Assembly (NCBI RefSeq): GCF_004010195.1
Contig: NC_057718.1
Location: 49,112,021-49,176,020, forward strand
Direction: 5' to 3'
Origin: Chiloscyllium plagiosum
Taxonomy: Eukaryota
Length of the DNA stretch: 64,000 nucleotides
This document shows positions 61,021 through 64,000 of this stretch, one piece after another. A program made the position numbers and the translations under genes. Each line of letters starts with the position of its first letter. Positions within the stretch are counted from its first letter, which is position 1. Under the pieces are notes generated by a model. That model was given only the letters and a program-made list of their open reading frames with translations. It was not told where the DNA came from and ran no database searches.

Positions 61021-64000
61021 GCATGATTTCACAGTACTTCAGAAAATTTGTAATAGCAGACATTACTTTTACCTTACTTGCAAATTGGATGTCTCACCAA
61101 ATAAATGATGCTAATTCTGGACCACACTTACAGGTCTTTGATTACAAGCAAACAAATAGGTTGAAAGGACTTGTGTGATCTAAATTCAAATCTGTTGATA
61201 GCATTGGCTGATGTATTGATGGCATGAGTTGGCATGCTTTTGGTGCTCATCCAATGGAAGTGCAAATGTTGCATGGGGTATCCCAGTGACTGCACCAGGT
61301 TTCTCAGGATGCTTCTCTTGGTAGACCTTTGGCTTCACCAGAACATTACAGATACACGCACAACATACAAAAAAACAGAAGATGCAATTCTTGATACCAT
61401 TTGCTGCCGTTTTCTTTCAGTGGAGATCCTGGTTAACTCAAATATCTTAACTTTTTGGGAATGAATGAGATGTCTATTTCAAATTGAACCCAAAACAAGC
61501 TGATATATGCATCAATACCCAATGTAGATCTTTCTAACATTCAGAAATTTAGGCATTCACAATACAAAGGATGTTTCCCCAAAATTTCTATGCCTAAGCC
61601 TTCTTGGAAGATGGCAAACTTACAGAAATCGATTGTATGCCAACTTCAGCTACCAGCACCCCCAAGAGGGTCAGAGAACTCAGCAAACTTCCTCTTTTAT
61701 GTACTGGGAGATCTATAAAACCCATTGGACTATCTATTAGGTGAATAGAATAAAATGCAATTAAATTGTCTGAGAAAAATACCACTATATTACTTTTCTC
61801 ATAGTCACTGTGAACACAAACAGCGCATTCCATGGGAGGTAGGTGTCTGAATGACTGCATTGACAGTATTTATTGATGTTTTCCTCTAATACCTGACTGT
61901 GTGAGTCACATTAATTAAAGAGTGAAACCTACTTATAAAGAGTGTTCTTACCAATACTAATCACTAAATTAAAAAAATCGTAAAGCGGATTTTGTGCAGA
62001 ACAGAATTTATTCACTGCTAACCTTTTGTTACTTCTATTCATACACAAAAAAGACAATTAATCAGAAGTCTAGTTTTGAACATTAGCTGTGCTTGCTCAA
62101 CTGGCACTGAGTCAATTCATCCCCTGGCCCCACCAGAGAAAATTGAACATGTTTTATGCAAATTACAACGTGTTTTGATATGCACTTGGAATTGTAATTT
62201 CAAAGTGATGACCAGAGAGCATTGTCATCTCATGCATACAAAGCAAGTACCATGATGTAACAGTTAAAAATAAATGTAGACCTACCTTACAACAGAGTGT
62301 CATTGAAGTGAAAGGTCTTTTATTCACTGGGATCCGTGAACATCCCCATCTTGTATATTTTCCTTCAGGAGAAGAAATATCACATCTTTGTTGAGTGCAC
62401 ATAATTTTACTCTACAGCTAGCATATTGCTAAAATTTCACTTCCCAGCTCATTCACTGTGATCTTGAGTATGAGCATTATTTTAGCACAGTCAGTTAAAG
62501 TTCTCCACACCAACAACATACTCTTACTTACAATTCAGAATAATTATTTTATAGAGTTGTAGGGTAAGCTGGTTAACAACTACCAGATGTAACCACACAT
62601 ACCTGAATTAAACATTAGAATCCATTGGGCACAGGACATTGAAACCTTTTAACACTCCAACTAATGAATAAACAGATGGGCACACTGACAGCTTTGTATA
62701 AGCCTGCTTAGATTAAACCTCTGTGTATTAGGTGTGGGTCAGTAATAACAGTCGTTTTGTTTTGTGGTTAGACTTTTAGGAAAGAATATGGTTTCATTTA
62801 TCTGAGGATGAAACACAAACACCAAGAAAAGCCATCAAACATGTCGGTTGATACCCAGACCACAAGTGCAGTGGCAATGCTTCATTAGCTTCAAACTATA
62901 TTTGTTCTACCATTCACTTACTGAGCCCCTTCAACGGGACAGAAGAAAAAATGTCAATGAGAAAAATGTTTTATTTTAAAAATTATTCAGCATTTTAACT
63001 GGATGAGTTCAAACATCACAGATTCTTTGCCTGTCAATGAGATGAAATCTTGGCTAAATTTTCCACGGGGAATCAGATGGCTTTATATTTCAAAACATTA
63101 AAGTCTATTAATTTATAGGTGCAATTCCTGGAATGTATTAACTGTTATTTGTAACTGTAACATGGGTTTGGTGTTATGAAACACAGTGCTGATGTTAGTC
63201 AAAAGCATTACCATTGATTTAAGATAATTAGAGATAACTGCAATATCATTACTGCAGAATGGTGATTGTCAGAAAAGTAAAGCAAACAAATTATTTTGCA
63301 GTGTTCAAGTAGAATTAGAAGGGAATTAAAGGCCTAGTGTATACAATTCAGCATCATTGTTTATTTGCAATATCTCTCTTTCTTCTGTGTCTGTTCTGAA
63401 TTGAATTGTTTCAATGAATGATGTCATTGGTGGAATGATGAGTTGTGTGCAACAGGTCTGACAATGGTTGTGATATAAGATAAGGAGAAAGGATAAGCAA
63501 CCAGGCAAGATAATTACAGTGAAAAATGGCCTCCACTGTATTAGCTAAAGCTCTTTTATTCATTTTTTTTTGTTTGCACGTTCAGTGAACTTTAGTATCA
63601 AAGTGCTAACGTAAAGAGTGAATCACCAGCAGAATCACTTTGATTGTATTCTTCATGGTGAGGTCATTTTCTGTCATCTCTGGTCAGCAGCCTGGTAGGG
63701 GAGTCAGCACTAACTGTACTTTTAACAAAAAAGTGGAATCAATGTGACAGTCCATCTGCACCGTGTCATAAGCTAATTCCCAATCTTTTAAATATCTACC
63801 TTATTTTCACTTCACCTTTTCCAAACTCTCTGCTAACCTATGTGCTTGTGCAAAAGTCAAGCTGCTGAGTTTAAATTTTTAGCCAAAAATAGGAAACTGA
63901 CTGATACGTGAGTGATACATTCAAAGAGTTGAAATCTATCCACTTTCACCATCTCGTTACATAGTATTTTACAGCAGTACATCAGCACTTTGTACAGTTC

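Noticed and set aside
3554..62115. Scattered TGA(C/G)TCA AP-1 motifs as an enriched network
   Set aside because: The number noticed is about what chance predicts for a 7-mer in 64 kb.

Overview
Eukaryotic genomic DNA from a cartilaginous fish, inferred from elasmobranch HE1 SINEs, their partner HER1/CR1 LINEs and a SacSINE1-like DeuSINE. The only host gene is DUSP10 (MKP-5) on the minus strand: a TATA/CCAAT/GC-box CpG-island promoter (~11650-11990), a non-coding exon 1 with uORFs, and the large first coding exon (10185-11106; N-terminus plus rhodanese/MAPK-binding domain). Bases 1-10184 are the following intron and the phosphatase-domain exons lie outside the window. The ~52 kb upstream has no recognisable gene and is filled with decayed or nested repeats: CR1 LINEs with esterase ORF1, HE1 SINEs, Harbinger and Gypsy remnants, a pogo/Tigger-like MITE and Penelope-like elements (PLEs). 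The most notable signals are: (i) at least four families of short PLE-derived insertions, many flanked by target-site duplications (TSDs), carrying minimal type-I hammerhead ribozyme motifs, two with intact cores; (ii) a tRNA-iMet pseudogene joined to an HE1 SINE plus a perfect 29-bp inverted copy of nearby DNA; (iii) a CR1 with a twin-priming-like 5' inversion. Family names come from recalled motifs, not database searches, and old-repeat boundaries are approximate.
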